Assembly: GCF_009914755.1 (NCBI RefSeq)
Contig: NC_060930.1
Length of the DNA: 64,000 bases
DNA from: the human T2T-CHM13v2.0 reference genome, Homo sapiens
Direction: 5' to 3' (one strand)
In this document: piece after piece, positions 11,487 through 24,940 of the stretch
Layout: each line of letters starts with the position of its first letter
How positions within the stretch are numbered: the stretch's first letter is position 1
Notes under the pieces: generated by a model
The model's database searches: none
The model's input: the letters and a program-made list of their open reading frames with translations, nothing else
What the model was told of the DNA's origin: nothing
Position numbers and translations under genes: made by a program

Positions 11487-13769
11487 CTAGTCCACTTTCC
11501 ATTCCTCCCTGTTTTTATTTGTGAGCATGGTGAAGGCCAGAGACACTAACTTTCCCAAGGCCACACAGTCCCTTAGTGCTGCACAGACGAGGAGAGCCAG
11601 ATCCTCCACTCCTCTGCCCAGTGTTTTCTGTGTGGATTGAGAGTTTTCCAATCTGGTTCTGCCAGCAGAAAGTCACAAATATAATGATGCTTTTTGCAGA
11701 ATACCCTTAAACACTCACATAATCAATTAATATTCCTCAACTTTGTGCTACATCAAATAGCATCTTACAATAGATAATCAGAGCCCGTTATTTAATATCA
11801 GCATCAAACACATCAGTTAACTTAAGAGGAGATCCACGTTTGTGCATCCCAAAGCTTACATTATTTGAGTTCTCCTTTAAAAAGGTACTGAAAAGTTTAA
11901 ATATAAATAAATATGAAAGTCAATATTTATGTAGAATGGGAATAGAAATGTGAACATGTAACAGAAGCTTTGGAGATCCATGCCTCTTCCTTCTTAAATC
12001 ACTTGTGGCAATGTATAAAGAGTTTTTCCTAACTGTTGCCTGACTTCCCCTGCCCAACCAGTAAGTACTAGCTCCCAGTACTTGCAAGAGCCTGGGCCAC
12101 TGAGGGGTCCTGAAGCTTAAGCATTATTAGCTTCACTGTAGAGCTGTTTCTGGTCTAAGAACCAGTGTTGTCTGCATGAAGTGGGCTTTTCTGGAGCAAT
12201 TAATTTCCTGGGTACAGTGCTCCAACTACCCTGAGACCCCTTGCATACCCATTTCATGGAGTGGATAATCCATTTGCTGGTCCTCCACAAGATTAGAGCT
12301 ATTGAGAATCTTAACTAGACATACTTTGCTGTTAGTATAATTTCTGGCATTGTGTTAATTCTCATTCAGTTTCATCACCTCATTGGAAGGCAGAAAGAAA
12401 AGCCAATAGACAAACTAGAAAAACCAAAAATAGTTGATCAACTTGGAGCTGATCATGCCACATGAGAATGTGGTCATCTAAGCTCCAGCAATTCCAGCGT
12501 TTTTTGTTTTTTTAAATCATCTCTGGACCATCCCAGTTATTACCCAGCTTTTGATCCTTTGCCAGTGTTCATTACTTTAGGTCAACAGGAGATTGACAAA
12601 GGTAACTGTCAAGTTGAATCATAAAATAGAGAACCAAAATGTAGCTGAAAAAATATGCATGTGTTCTAATACTTCTGAATGTTCTTAGAGAATTTCTAAT
12701 CCGAATTTAAAACCTTTAAGTTTCATTTTTTAAAATACAAAAGACATTTGTTTCAGAAGACATTTGCGATGTTATATTTTGATATTCTGAATAATCCCCC
12801 TTGTGCCGCAGTTTAGCATAGTTTCAGCGCAACAAATATGATTTAGTTAAAATTAGCTGAAAGCATAATGGATATTAAAAACCTTCTGAGATACAAAGTT
12901 AAGAACATTACACATTTCTTTGGTATTGACTTTTTGTGATGAATCATATTAATACATCTCAAGTCATTAATCTTGTCTGTTTGTATTTACTTAACTGGGA
13001 ATATGTAGTTTTGTTATATTCAGTATTTACACCAGTTATGGCGGATGCTATTTCACATATATCTAAAATTGGTTTACATATCAAGATGATTTATTTAAAC
13101 TAGACCAACATCCACATTCATTTATGCTATGGAAATCAGCTTTGATTGTCTTCGTAGCCAACTTGGAAAAAAAAATCTGGTAAAATCATTTAGTCTCTGA
13201 GTTTGCTTTACGAGTGATTTTCTCTGGGAAAAGAAGTGGGGGACTTCTGCTAAATTGGGGATCTGGGTAACCGAGCATCTCTGGGAGGAACAAAGGAATA
13301 GAACAGAGGGGCTAATTGTTTAATTAGTAAATGTCTGCTTGGTTAATGACATATTAATGAGTTTTTAAGACCGTCATATCATTTACCATAAAAGACCCAT
13401 GTGCCTATCCCTGGATGTACTGTATAATTAAGTAATGTGGCCCAGAGGAGTTAATCATTTAAAACCTTGTCATCTTTCTCAAGTTTGCAGATAGAAGAGC
13501 TAGCACAGAAGGCACCTGCCAGGTAGAGTCAGGGTGGCACATAATTCTGAACTAAATTGTCTCTCTGCAACGGCTGCACAGTCAGATGTCTGCCCAGGAG
13601 CAGAAATTTTTTTTTCTTTTGACAGCTGAAAAAGCTGCTAAGATACTGCCATTTGCTCCTTGGCACTCAGTTACTGGCAGTGAGAGTATGTGTTTGCAGA
13701 ACAGGGACCATGTGAGCAGCTTTTGAGTACTTAAAAGAGTGTGGAGGCTCAGAGGACTCAGAGATTCTA

Positions 13770-13985
13770 GAACTGTGCTATTCAATATGGCAGCCACTTG
13801 CCACGTATAGCTATTTAAATTTAATTAAAATTAAGTACAATTTTAAAATTATTATTTTTTCAGTCATATCAACCACTTGTCAAGTGCTCAATAGCCACAT
13901 GTGGCAAGTGGCCCCTTTATTGGTGGCACAGACATAGAACATTTCCATCATCACAAATGGGATGGGATGGACCACACTGTTGCTA
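13770..13985. mobile_element. MER3-like hAT element
   Basis: CTGTGCTATTCAATATGGCAGCCACTTGCCACGT...AAGTGCTCAATAGCCACATGTGGC, the imperfect palindromic structure of MER3. Confidence 0.75.
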
Positions 13986-15865
13986 AATGCAAACGGTGGT
14001 GGGGGCAACCAGGACATTGGCAAGCAGTGGTCACCTGTGTTCTCCATTTCCACCCGTGAAAAGCTGAAGAGAGAATGCATTCTTCAAACCCTGGAAGGTC
14101 AGCCCCAGTCCTACACAAATAGTTCATATCCTTTTTTCATGGGGCAGAATCCACACCAGAATATTGCAGCCATTTGTTTAGACTAGAAAATGATAATTTA
14201 CCTTACCACAGAGCACACAGTTTGGGGGATACAAATTATGTTCTTATTGGTAAATTATAGAGCTTACTACCACAAGCAGCACTGTGAAGTTTTCCAGCCC
14301 AGCTCTTTGTTCTAACCTGCTTCCCTTAGACCCTCCAGAGCTTCTTGTTTCAGACCCACAGAACTGAATTCAAGTCAGAAACTGTAGTTCCACTGCTCTT
14401 GCATATGTCTATGTGGTTTTTCAATATAAGGTAAACTCTATGCTCAGAAACTTTTGAATGCCTTAATTTTCTTGGACCTTCTGCAGAAAAAAGAGTTCTC
14501 CAAATGGGTTATTTTAAACAATTTACTTCTCATTCCCGTTTCTTGACCTCCACTCTACAGTCTGATTTGCATTAATATTTTCTTGCATTAGGTCTCTCCT
14601 CTCTCTTTCTGGCCTCTATTTTTCTAAATACTTTTGTCATGTTTTAGTCATTTTAAATTTAATATCCTGCAAATTTCGAATTAATTATGTAAGCATGTGC
14701 CACCTTATACAACTGGGGAGTGATTCCAGTGTGTCTTCAGGGTGGAAATACTTAAGACCCCCTTCCTGATCTGCTGGTAATAGCAAGAGGTCTAGGAGTT
14801 CAGTCTGTTTCCCTTCAAGATTCCTGTTGAATCTTGACAAGGGGACAAGAACCTCGTCACCTACATGGGGAATCTTTTGCTGGAGCTGTGTGATAATGGT
14901 GCTACTGCCAACAACTTGGCACTGGCCATATCACAACTGACGCAAATGCTCCAAATAATATAGGCATGGAGTCCCAATCATCCCCCCATATGCTAACACA
15001 TCAGACACCTTCTAATTTCCAGCAGTCCAGGGCTTTCTCTATGTGATTTGCAGTGGAAGAAGAATAGGCAATTTATTTTAAAAAACATAGTTCCGGATGG
15101 CAGTTAACATACACAGCTCAGACATAACTCTCTTAGATAAGTGCACATCCATCTTTCTGACTTAGAGAAGTCCTGCAGAAAATATTGCTTGAGCGTAAAA
15201 AATGTTATCATAAAATTCATGTATTTCCCCCTCTTTTGACATCAAATAGGGTAGATAGATTCTTGAACACAAATGTTACCTCTTTCCCTACTTCATTGGT
15301 GGAAGGGGTATACTATTTCTCTCCTTGCCCCTGTGACTTTGTCTCATGGTGGACGAGGTGTTCTTTACCACCCCTTGGTCTGGGGCTTGAGTGTGTGTTT
15401 TACTTTGGTCAAATAGATCTTATCAGGTACAGTTTGTTCAGAGGCATAACCTGTGCTTGCCCAATTGGGCTTGCATTCTTGTATTCCTGCCTTTTATCAC
15501 GAGAAGATACCTTGAGTAATTTTTCTAAGAGGATGAGAGAGACACACACAGAATAACTTGGACCCAATCTGAAGCCTGGACCCCAACCCAGCTGCAGCTG
15601 ACCTAGCTCAGCTACATCCCAACTACCCTGAAGATGTGTGAGTGAGAAAAAACTTGCTTATTTTTGTATGCCACTGAGATTTTGGATCTGTCAATAACTG
15701 AGACATCAGCCAGCCCCTCCTTTTAATTATTAGCAAGACAATATTGATTGTGTGTGAAGGTCACAGGGCATCTGAGGTTGTACAGGCACGATTGTCTGTT
15801 CTTTCTGGCTTTGTACTTTCATGGTTATGAAACACCTGGAGCCAGAGCAGGGAGAGTGTTTGCAA

Positions 15866-16005
15866 TTCAGCCCTACCCTTATACACTGACCATGGCAGAG
15901 AAGTACAAGAAGATGGTCTTGGTCTTTGTCTTGGTTTCAGCCCTACCCTTATACACTGACCATGGCAGAGAAGTACAAGAAGATGGTCTTAGTCTTTGTC
16001 TTGGT
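15866..16005. repeat. 70-bp tandem duplication
   Basis: 15866-15935 and 15936-16005 are identical except G15921/A15991. Confidence 0.95.
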
Positions 16006-17169
16006 GAGGCATGCCTGAAATGCAGAAGTGGGTAAAGGTCTTAGTTCTTGTGATGCCTGTGAAGATGGCTTTGATAGCCATTAGGGAATTTTATAAATAT
16101 CCTGTTTCTCCTCTTTCCAGGACCATGCTATGTTTGCATGTCTCCACTCTTCTTGAAGTTGTCCTTGACCAATTACTTGGTTTGGACAATAAAATGTAAG
16201 TAGGTTTGATGTGTGTGATGTGCTACCTCTGGGTAGAAGCCCTAAGAACTAGTGTTTACCTTACCTGTCCTTGTCCTTGCCATTTTAATGGGCCACTTCC
16301 CACATGGTGGAGGATGATGCTATGGAAACCAAGTTCAGAGCTGATGGACACAGAGCATGAAATGGAAATACACATATGCTATTGTAACTCACTGAGAAAT
16401 TTCTTTATTACACCATAACCAAACCTATCCTGGACTCTTACAATTTCCTATATTCAAGTTGGTTGAAATCTAGTAAAAGAGATGAGGCAGGTTACTATTC
16501 AAATCAATATGGGAGTAGCACCATGAATATATGGTTCAGAGTAAATTTTTTTCGAATGTGGAACAAAAGAGAAATTGCTTCAGAAAGACATGATTAAAGA
16601 TGAATAGCTTGAGCAGTCATTTGAATATGATAGGATCTCAATAGGCAAATTATAGAGGGAGGCATTCAAGAGAGATGAAATGGGAATGGAATTAGAGAGC
16701 CCAAGGGATATTTAAAAAATGGAGAGCAGACAGATGGACTTGCGCTCAAGCCTTTTGAAAACAGGCTCATTGCATATAGCTGAGCAGCCTTTCAGTACAG
16801 AAACTCATGCTGTGACCTTGAGTATAAGGCCCAAATAATACCAGATAAGAAGACCAGGGCAGAGGGTGAAGACCCTCGAATGTCAGACAAAGAATTATGA
16901 CCTATGTTCTATTGGCAATTAGAGTTATCAGTGCTTTATGTGTAGTGCAGGAGTCAGAGGAAAGCAGTGTTTTAAGAAGATTCCTCTAGCATGGTCTACA
17001 TGATGACCAAGGAAAATTAAAAAGGTGACTTATCTAATTTTCTCTCCCTCTTGCTTTGTCTTGAGGACCCACCATAGCAATTGAAGAATGATATGGAAAG
17101 CCTTGATATAAGATTCATAAAATGGGAAGATACAAATGAAAAGGCACTTCTTGAGTGAAATGTGTATCA

Positions 17170-17390
17170 TGGAGTCACTAGTCTATAGGTTCTGCCGCTT
17201 AGAAGGCTATGTAACCTTAGGCAAGTTACTACTATATCACTTTAAGCTTCATATTCCATACATGCAAAATGGTGATAATACCAGTATACATTTCACAGAC
17301 TTCTAGGGGAGTGGGTGGTAAATGAGAATATTCACTCATCCCAGTGCCTGTTTAGCCTATATAGTAAATACCAACAAATAGAGGCTACAA
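17170..17390 (+). mobile_element. MIR
   Basis: MIR core-like GCTATGTAACCTTAGGCAAGTTACT...TGCAAAATGGTGATAATACC. Confidence 0.6.
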
Positions 17391-18499
17391 TTACTTAAAT
17401 TAATGATCATTTCAGTTTCTCCCGGGGAGTATGATGGTATTTTTTTTTCCTACTAAGCAATCAATTTGCTGTTTCTATGTGATACTTCTTTGGAGAGGAA
17501 GACAAACTTCCTAAAAATGTTAAGCTATCAAAATAAAAATGAAAAAATGCACTTTTCTGTTATTTCAACATCACTCGTCCATTAGACCAGAAACACCAAG
17601 TAAGCATGACCATCAAGGCAGTTCTTTGTGCAGTTTGGTAATTCCTTTTAAGGCCCCCAGGGAGGCTGGTAGGGAAGAATACTGAAGAGGAAAGCAAACA
17701 AGATTAGGTCAGCACCCACTCTCCCTTTGGGGGGATTCACAGTACTGTTTTTGTTGGAATAAGCAAAGCTCTTGCAAAAGTTTGGTTTGTTTCTCACTGA
17801 ATCCAACGTCTTTTCCCTATCCTTCGGCTAATATTTTAAAAGGTAAAGTAAGCATTCAAAAATGTAAAGTAGCACTTTAAATAAAAAGTGGAGACATTTT
17901 TTTCAAAAGGCAGAGAAAGTCAGCCAAAATAGGACAGCCTTCCTTAGTTGTATAAACTGAAAATCCATGAGTTAAGCTATAGAAATGCCTGTGTGCCTCT
18001 TCTCTGCCTGTATCTATCTTGGACACTTACATCTTCACATCAACAAAATTAGTAAGGAAGTTATTACTCAATTTTACAAATGAGGAAAGAGCAATTAAGT
18101 AAATTTAAAAGCACGAAATAAAAATGGGATTTCACTCATTCATTAAACAGAGATTTATGAGTGTCGATTTTATGGCAAGCACTGTTTAAACCACAAGGAC
18201 GTAACCTTGACCAAGTCAAAGAATAGAATTTCAAGCAGCTGGAAGTGTAATGGGGTGGTGGGGGGTAGACAAGTAAACATAGAACTAGTGTGATGAGGGC
18301 TTTGAAGGTTCCTTGGAGGAGGTGAATTCAAGCTTGAGTCCTGCCGGGTGACGGCAGGTTAGCATCTGCTAGGGCGAGAGGGCAGGGTGCCAGGGGAAAT
18401 GGAGGCAGGTCAAGGTGGCTGGAATGTGGCATGAGAGGCAAGGAGTGACCAGGGCACTTGGATCATGAAGTTCCATCTACATTATGGCATCTGGACTTC

Positions 18500-19303
18500 A
18501 TCAGAATATGTTGTCAATATCCACTGTCTTTATTAGAATCTGATAAATCCTTAACCTTTCCATCACTGCCACCTCCATCCAAGCCATTATAATTCCTTAC
18601 TGGGATTATTGTCATATTCTTTTGTGTGATCTCCCTTCTGATCTTGACCTCAAGTCTATTCTAACACTGCCACAGTAAGCCTGTTAAAATGTAAGTTAGA
18701 TTATGGCACTTTGGCTTATAACTTCCAATGTTTTTTACGCATTAAGGAAACAGACAAACAAAGAGCCTGGATCCATATAGCCTGTATGGCTTTACTGGAT
18801 CTGCTACCTTCTTTCACCACTCACTTTCCACCATATACTCTCTGATCTGACCTCTTATTGCTGTTCCCTCTCCTCACTCTGTCTGGTCCACTGATGCGGC
18901 TTCCCTGCTGTTCCTAGAGCACACACAGTGTCCACAGCATGCTGTCACCACAGGACCTTTGCATCTGTACTCTCTCTGCTTACAATGTTTCTTCTTTCTG
19001 ACCTCCTTAATTAAGGTCTCTACTTAAATGTCACCTTCCTGATGAGGCTTCCCCAGTCCCCTTTATGTAAAGTTGTAACCCATGCCCCTACCCATCTCAG
19101 GGATCCCTTTCATGGAATTCACTATCTAACATACTTAAATTTCATGTGTTTTTCTTGTGTATCATCCATCTCCTCCTCTAGCATATGATCTCCTCAAGAG
19201 GAGGCATGTCTGCCTATCTGCTCACTGCTGTGTCTCCGGTACAGACAACAGTGCCTAGAATAGAGAGGCTTCCCACTAACTGTTTATTGACTACATGAAT
19301 GAG
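18500..19303 (+). mobile_element. L2 3' fragment
   Basis: L2 3' end signature CTGCTCACTGCTGTGTCTCC...CAGTGCCTAG...TTTATTGA...ATGAATGA. Ends are approximate. Confidence 0.65.
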
Positions 19304-19615
19304 TATACCTGGACACAGTTGGAACAGTTGCATATGAATGGAGCTTTCATTTCTTTATAAGACAAATAGTAAACACTGAGCTTCTGAGTGTCACTATGTG
19401 TCATAAGATTAGCCTAAAAAGTAAATCTAAATATAAAGGAATACAAAATGTTATAATCTAGGGAGGATACAGGCAAACCCCGGGCAGCTCAGATCTATAA
19501 TTATTACTCTGAAGGTCAGAAATAGGAGCAAAATACTAATATTGTAACCCAGAAGGGAAAGAGGTTTTAATAAATATAAAATGTTTGGCTTATGCTAGTT
19601 CTTTATTTGTGGTAG

Positions 19616-20354
19616 TGAGAGGTGAAGCCAGCGGGACTTCCTGGGTCGAGTGGGGATTTGGAGAACTTTTCTGTCTAGCTAGAGGATTGTAAACACACCA
19701 ATCGGTGCTCTGGGTCTAGTTAGGGGATTATAAATGCACCAATCAGCACTTTGTAAAAATGCAACAATCAGCACTCTGTGTCTAGCTAAAGGATTGTAAA
19801 TGCACCAATCAGCATTCTCTAAAAACGCACCAATCAGTGCTCTGTGTCTAGCTAAAGGATTATAAATGTGCCAATCAGCACTCTCTAAAAACGCACCAAT
19901 CAGCACTCCTTGTCTAGGTAAAGGATTGTAAATGCCCCAGTCAGCACTCTGTAAAAACGCACCAATCAGCACACTGTGTCTAGCTAAAGGATTATAAACG
20001 CATCAATCAGCACTCTGTAAAATGGACCAATCAGCACTCTGTAAAATGGACCAATCAGTGCTCTGTAAAATGGACCACTCAGTGCTCTGTAAAATGGACC
20101 AATCAGCAGGACGTGGGTGGGGACAAATAAGGGAATAAAAGCTGGCTAGTAGCCTGCAGTGGCAACTCGGTCAGGTCACCTTCTATGCTTGTGGGGGCTT
20201 TGTTCTTTTGCTGTTCATGATAAATTTTGCTGTTGGTTACTTTTTGGGGCTGTGCCACTTTTAAGAGCTGTAACACTCACCACGAAGAGCTGTGGCTTCC
20301 TTCTTGAAGTCAGCGAGACCAAGAACCCGCCAGAAGGAAGAAACTCTAGACTGG
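19616..20354 (+). mobile_element. LTR12-family (ERV9) solo LTR, short variant
   Basis: Starts TGAGAGGTGAAGCCAGC; tandem CCAATCAGCACTCTGT repeats with ~10 CCAAT boxes; GAATAAAAGCTGG TATA-like box; ends GAAGGAAGAAACTC; GTAG flanks both ends (4-bp TSD). Confidence 0.92.
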
Positions 20355-21134
20355 GTAGTCTCTTTGTTTCCTTCTCCTAATGAAACACTAGATTCATTGG
20401 AGCTGATCTATCAGCATGGCTCTGATGCTTATTTTTTTTTGTTACTGTAACAGCTAAAACACTTCCTTGTAATTTACCCCAAGTGGCGTAATAAAAACAC
20501 AATATTACTCAAAAGTTTGAAATAGGACTAGATTTAACCATAATCTGGTCTAGGGCCTCAAATAATGTCATCAGTACTCAAAATTTCTCTACCTCAAGGC
20601 TTCGTCTGCCCCCTAGCCTGGCTTCAGCCGAGACAGTGTCTTCATAGTGGCAGGATGGCTGCAGCAGCATGAGCGTCAGCAACATTTAAGTCTGCAGCAC
20701 ACAAGTAACTTTCCTGGCAGCATGCCGTGAGAGTCACTCTGATTTGACCAGCTTGAGTTACTAGCCACCTTCATTTGTGGACAGGGAAAATGCAACATAG
20801 TGATTAGTTAACCCATGGGTCACATTCAGGTCCTATGAACTGACAGTGAGTTAGGTGCCAAATAAAAATCAGTGTTTGTGCCAGAAGCTGGCCATCAGGA
20901 TGCATGAGGACCAATCCACATGTGTCATCTTCTGTTTTCTTCTAGAATTTCCTGAAGTTCATTATTGTTAAGGATCTTAGCAACCAGTCTTTGGATTTAA
21001 TATTAAAAAAATAAAATGATAGCAGCTATGGTGACACATTTTTAGTAACTTTTGCCATATTTTAGAAAGTTAACATATATAAACATCAGAAATTACTGGA
21101 CAGATTACTAAGGGTTATGACTTCATGGTAATTT

Positions 21135-21416
21135 ATTTATTTATTTAGAGATGGAGTCTTCTTGTGTTACCTAGGCTGGAGTGTAGTGGCATGATCATGG
21201 CTCACTGCACCCTCAACCTCCTGGGCTCAAACAATCCTCCCAAATAGCTGGGATTACAGGTGTGCACCATCATGTCCAGCTAATTTTTGTATTTTTTGTA
21301 GATACAGGGTCTTTCTATGTTGGCCAAGCTGGTCTAGAATTCCTGTCCCCAAATGATCCTCCTGTCTTAACCTCCCAAACTGCTGGGATTACAGATGTGA
21401 GCCACGATGCGTGGCC
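21135..21416 (-). mobile_element. AluJ
   Basis: Diverged Alu (CTGGGCTCAA, GATCATGGCTCACTGC) with a (TTTA)n tail; TSD TGGTAATTTA. Confidence 0.9.
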
Positions 21417-21526
21417 TTTGTGGTAATTTAAATTAAGTCTTTCTTGAATAGAAATTTCTCTGATGATGGTGATGATGATAACAGATAATACTCAGACAAT
21501 TGAGCAGAAAGTAGGTTTGTGTATTC

Positions 21527-21790
21527 TTTTTTTTTTTTTTTGAGATGAAGTTTCACTCTTGTCGCCCAGGCTGGAGTGCAGTGGTGTGATCTCAGCTCTT
21601 GGGTTCAAGCCTCCCGAGTAGCTGGGATTACAGGCGCCTGCCACTATGCCCAGCTAATTTTTGTATTTTTAGTAGAGACGGGGTTTCACTGTGTTGGCCA
21701 GGCTGGTCTCTAATTCCTGACCTCAGGTGATCCACTCACCTTGGCCTCCCAAAATGCTGGGATTACAGGCGTGAGCCACTGCACCCGGCC
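21527..21790 (-). mobile_element. AluS with two internal deletions
   Basis: Alu arms are recognisable; segments are missing after 21598 and after 21610. Confidence 0.92.
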
Positions 21791-22668
21791 TGTTTTTGTA
21801 CTCTTTAATCCACCATTCACAGAAAGGTTGAGGTTGGTGCCTTCTGGGCATGTGAATTTTCTTTGGGAAGGCAAACTACAACTGTTGGGCAAAATATGTA
21901 GCAAAACGAAAAACACCAAATACTCTGGTATGCCATTCAACAAACTGATAGACGTTCTCTTCTTATTTTCGGCAGTATATTTTATTATCCCAGTCCTGAT
22001 TTGTTAGTACTTCTCTCCAGTGATATAAAATCAAGAAATGAAGTTAAAATTTTAGGAATATTCCCAAACAGTAAAAATTGGTGAGATAATTCTATCAGCC
22101 TCCATGGTTGTTCCTGCTAGGAGCCAATTCAGTGCCTTGTGGTATTCGCACAAAAAGAACATATTTTGCATAACATATCTTCCAAGCAGTGATTATCCCT
22201 TGCAGGCTGTGTGTTTTTCCAAGGGGTCCTGCTGATTAGAGGCTCTGAGTGAAATCTGTGCTGGTTGATAACCTGGCTACCTTGGCTTTCTACTACATTA
22301 AACCCCCTTTGGTCTTTTTAATCAGTAGCACTCATGCCAGTAGACTTTCCCTGCCTTCAGAAGCTATGTTTCCTTGCCAAGAATTTAATTCTTACAGGTC
22401 ACCAAGAAGTAGATGGTATGTGTTGGCAACATTAATATCAGAATGCAACTTTTGAGATTATGAATTATCAATAGAATATCACATATTGTATGCCTTTGTA
22501 GTTAAATTTTCAAATAATTCAGTGAGTATTGAATAAACGTTATTGATCGTCACCATCTTCACCAAATTGATGTGGCACTGCCCGATTCTATTACATAATA
22601 GTGCCATTCAGTGTCCCATGTTAGAGAGTTAGATGGAGCAGAAAAAAATACCAGGGTGTTTGAGAAAT

Positions 22669-22886
22669 GTTTTTTATTTTTTTTTAATTTTTTAAATTCT
22701 ATTATTATTATACTTTAAGTTCTAGGGTACATGTGCACAACATGCATGTTTGTTACATATGTATATATGTGTCATGTTGGTGTGCTGCACCCATTAACTC
22801 ATCATTTAGCATTAGGTATATCTCCTAATGCTATCCCTCCCCCCTCCCCCCACCCCACAACAGTCCTCGGTGTGTGATGTTCCCTT
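22669..22886 (-). mobile_element. 5'-truncated L1PA (L1PA4/5-like) 3' end
   Basis: TTATTATACTTTAAGTTCTAGGGTACATGTGCAC...CCCCCTCCCCCCACCCCACAAC with a degenerate poly(T). Confidence 0.92.
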
Positions 22887-23162
22887 ATAGACCCATAACA
22901 TATTGGCATATTAATGCCTTGAAATATCATTCAGCATCTCTCAAAGTTATCATTTGCTTAGGCTGTTTTGAACCTCTTTTTGCCATGTGACAATTTTTAA
23001 TATTCTTTGAACTTAATTTCCATGGGGTACACATTACAAGATTCTAATTTGACAAACACTTACATGGTCCTGTGTGCAGGAAGCTCGCCTCTGTATCACT
23101 GTAGTATTCATAAAACGACAGTAACTATCTAGGTCTTTGGCCTTTTCGTCTCTCCTCTAAGC

Positions 23163-23464
23163 CACAGGTCTGAAAACTTTTTCTGTAAAGTCCCAGATAG
23201 CAAATCTTTTTGGCTCTGTGGGCCATACAATCTCTGTCACAATTACTCAGTTCCGCCCTTGCAGCCACAGACAATATGGAAACATAATGACCATGACTGT
23301 ATTCCCATAAAACTTTATGGCTAACGAATACTGGATTCCATGTACTTTTCACATATCAATTTTTTTTTCCTTTTGATGTTTTTCAACCATTCTTTACTCA
23401 TGGGCAATACAAAAACAGGCAGTGGATTGGATCTGGTCCATGGACCACAACTTGCCAACCCCTG
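23163..23464. mobile_element. MER58 (B-like) hAT element
   Basis: AAACTTTTTCTGTAAAG...TTGCCAACCCCTG termini; 8-bp TSD CTCTAAGC / CTCTAAAC. Confidence 0.85.
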
Positions 23465-24539
23465 CTCTAAACTAAAATGGGTAACCTAGATGATATCAGT
23501 ACTTCTTTCCACACTAGCCAGATCAGTATTCTGTATTACTGTTTTCTTACTTTTCTTTTGTGCTTTTGCAAAAATCTTGAAGAAGACAAACCTTCTAACT
23601 CTACCCATCCCTCAATGCTCACTAAGTTCCTACTGCCTTGATTAAACTTTTTCTTTATTCTTCCTTCACACAGAAATTTTTCTACATGACCCCTTTAGAA
23701 TAAGGTATGTCAGGGCCACACTAGCAGCACCTCTCCTCTGACATTTTGAAATAAATTTAGTTTTGCTACATACATTCAAAGAACACATATTTTGTGGTCT
23801 CTGAATTTTTTGAAATATTTTTTAGAGCACAAATCTACTCTACATTACTTTATGACACCACTCCTGAACCAAGCTAGCACATAATTGTATATCCATTGAG
23901 CACTCAATCAACACATTATAGAAAAACAGTGTATAAATCATACGAGAATGGATGGATATTTTATCTATAGTTTTATAGTCAATACTCAACTCTCTGCACA
24001 TTTAGTATATGGCAGAGCATAATTGACATGAGGTAGTAGAATGGATGTTATTATGTTTGGAGTAGTATGGTTTATTCTCAGATGTCCATCTAATGAAAGT
24101 GGGTAGTTGCCTTGTCTTCATTCATTTGATAAATAAATGCTTATTGAGTTCCTGTATCGTAGGTCCCAGCATTGAAGCAGATCTAGGTTGTCGTTCTCAT
24201 TTGTACAACATGACATCACCTCTGGGTCCGGCTTTGGCTGAGTGTGCCTCTGAAACATCTCACACATCAGAACTCTTCTCCCCTCCATGCCTGCCTCTGT
24301 TAGCCTCTCATTGCCACTTGATTCAACAGTTAGTTTTTCTTCCTGTAGTCAGCTGGTGTCTTCTACCTTGTACACAGTTGTCAGAGTGATACTTTTATGA
24401 AGTATAACATATTATTAACGTATTGCTAATTTCCTATGTCTAACTGTTTAAGGATTTGCATAGCCTGCAGGATGTGTGAGCTTCTCAGGGCGTACACGTT
24501 CTCCCATGAAGACCCCTGCCTCCCTCATCTCTTTTGTCT

Positions 24540-24940
24540 TGTACTACTTTGCTAGAGCTTCCATAATAAAACATTACTGACTGGGTGGCTTAAACAATAG
24601 AAATTTATTTCCTCATAGTTCTGGAGGCTGGAAGTGCAAGACCATGGTGCCAGTAGGGCTGGTTTCTCCTGAAGCCTGTCTCCTTGTTTTGTAAATACCA
24701 CATTCTCTCTTTGTCCTCCCTGGGCCTTTCCTCTGTGCACACACATCCCTGGTATCTCTCTGTGTCCCAATTCTTCTTCTCCTAAGGTAGCAGTACCGTT
24801 GAATTACTGCTCAATCTAACAGTCTCATTTTACCTTAATTACCTCTTTAAAGACTCTAATTTCAAAATACAGTAACATTTTGAGGTATGGGGTTAGGACT
24901 TCAACATGTAAATTTTGGGGAGGCACAGTTCAACCCATAA
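24540..24940 (-). mobile_element. MLT1B-like LTR
   Basis: CTGGGTGGCTTAAACAATAGAAATTTATTT...TTCTGGAGGCTGGAAGT...GGACTTCAACATG...TTCAACCCATAA. Confidence 0.82.

Noticed and set aside
19679-20110. Regularly spaced repeats resembling a CRISPR array, and a repetitive 97-aa ORF (similar array at 41780-42460)
   Set aside because: These are ERV9/LTR12 U3 tandem enhancer repeats in human DNA, with no unique spacers and no cas genes.
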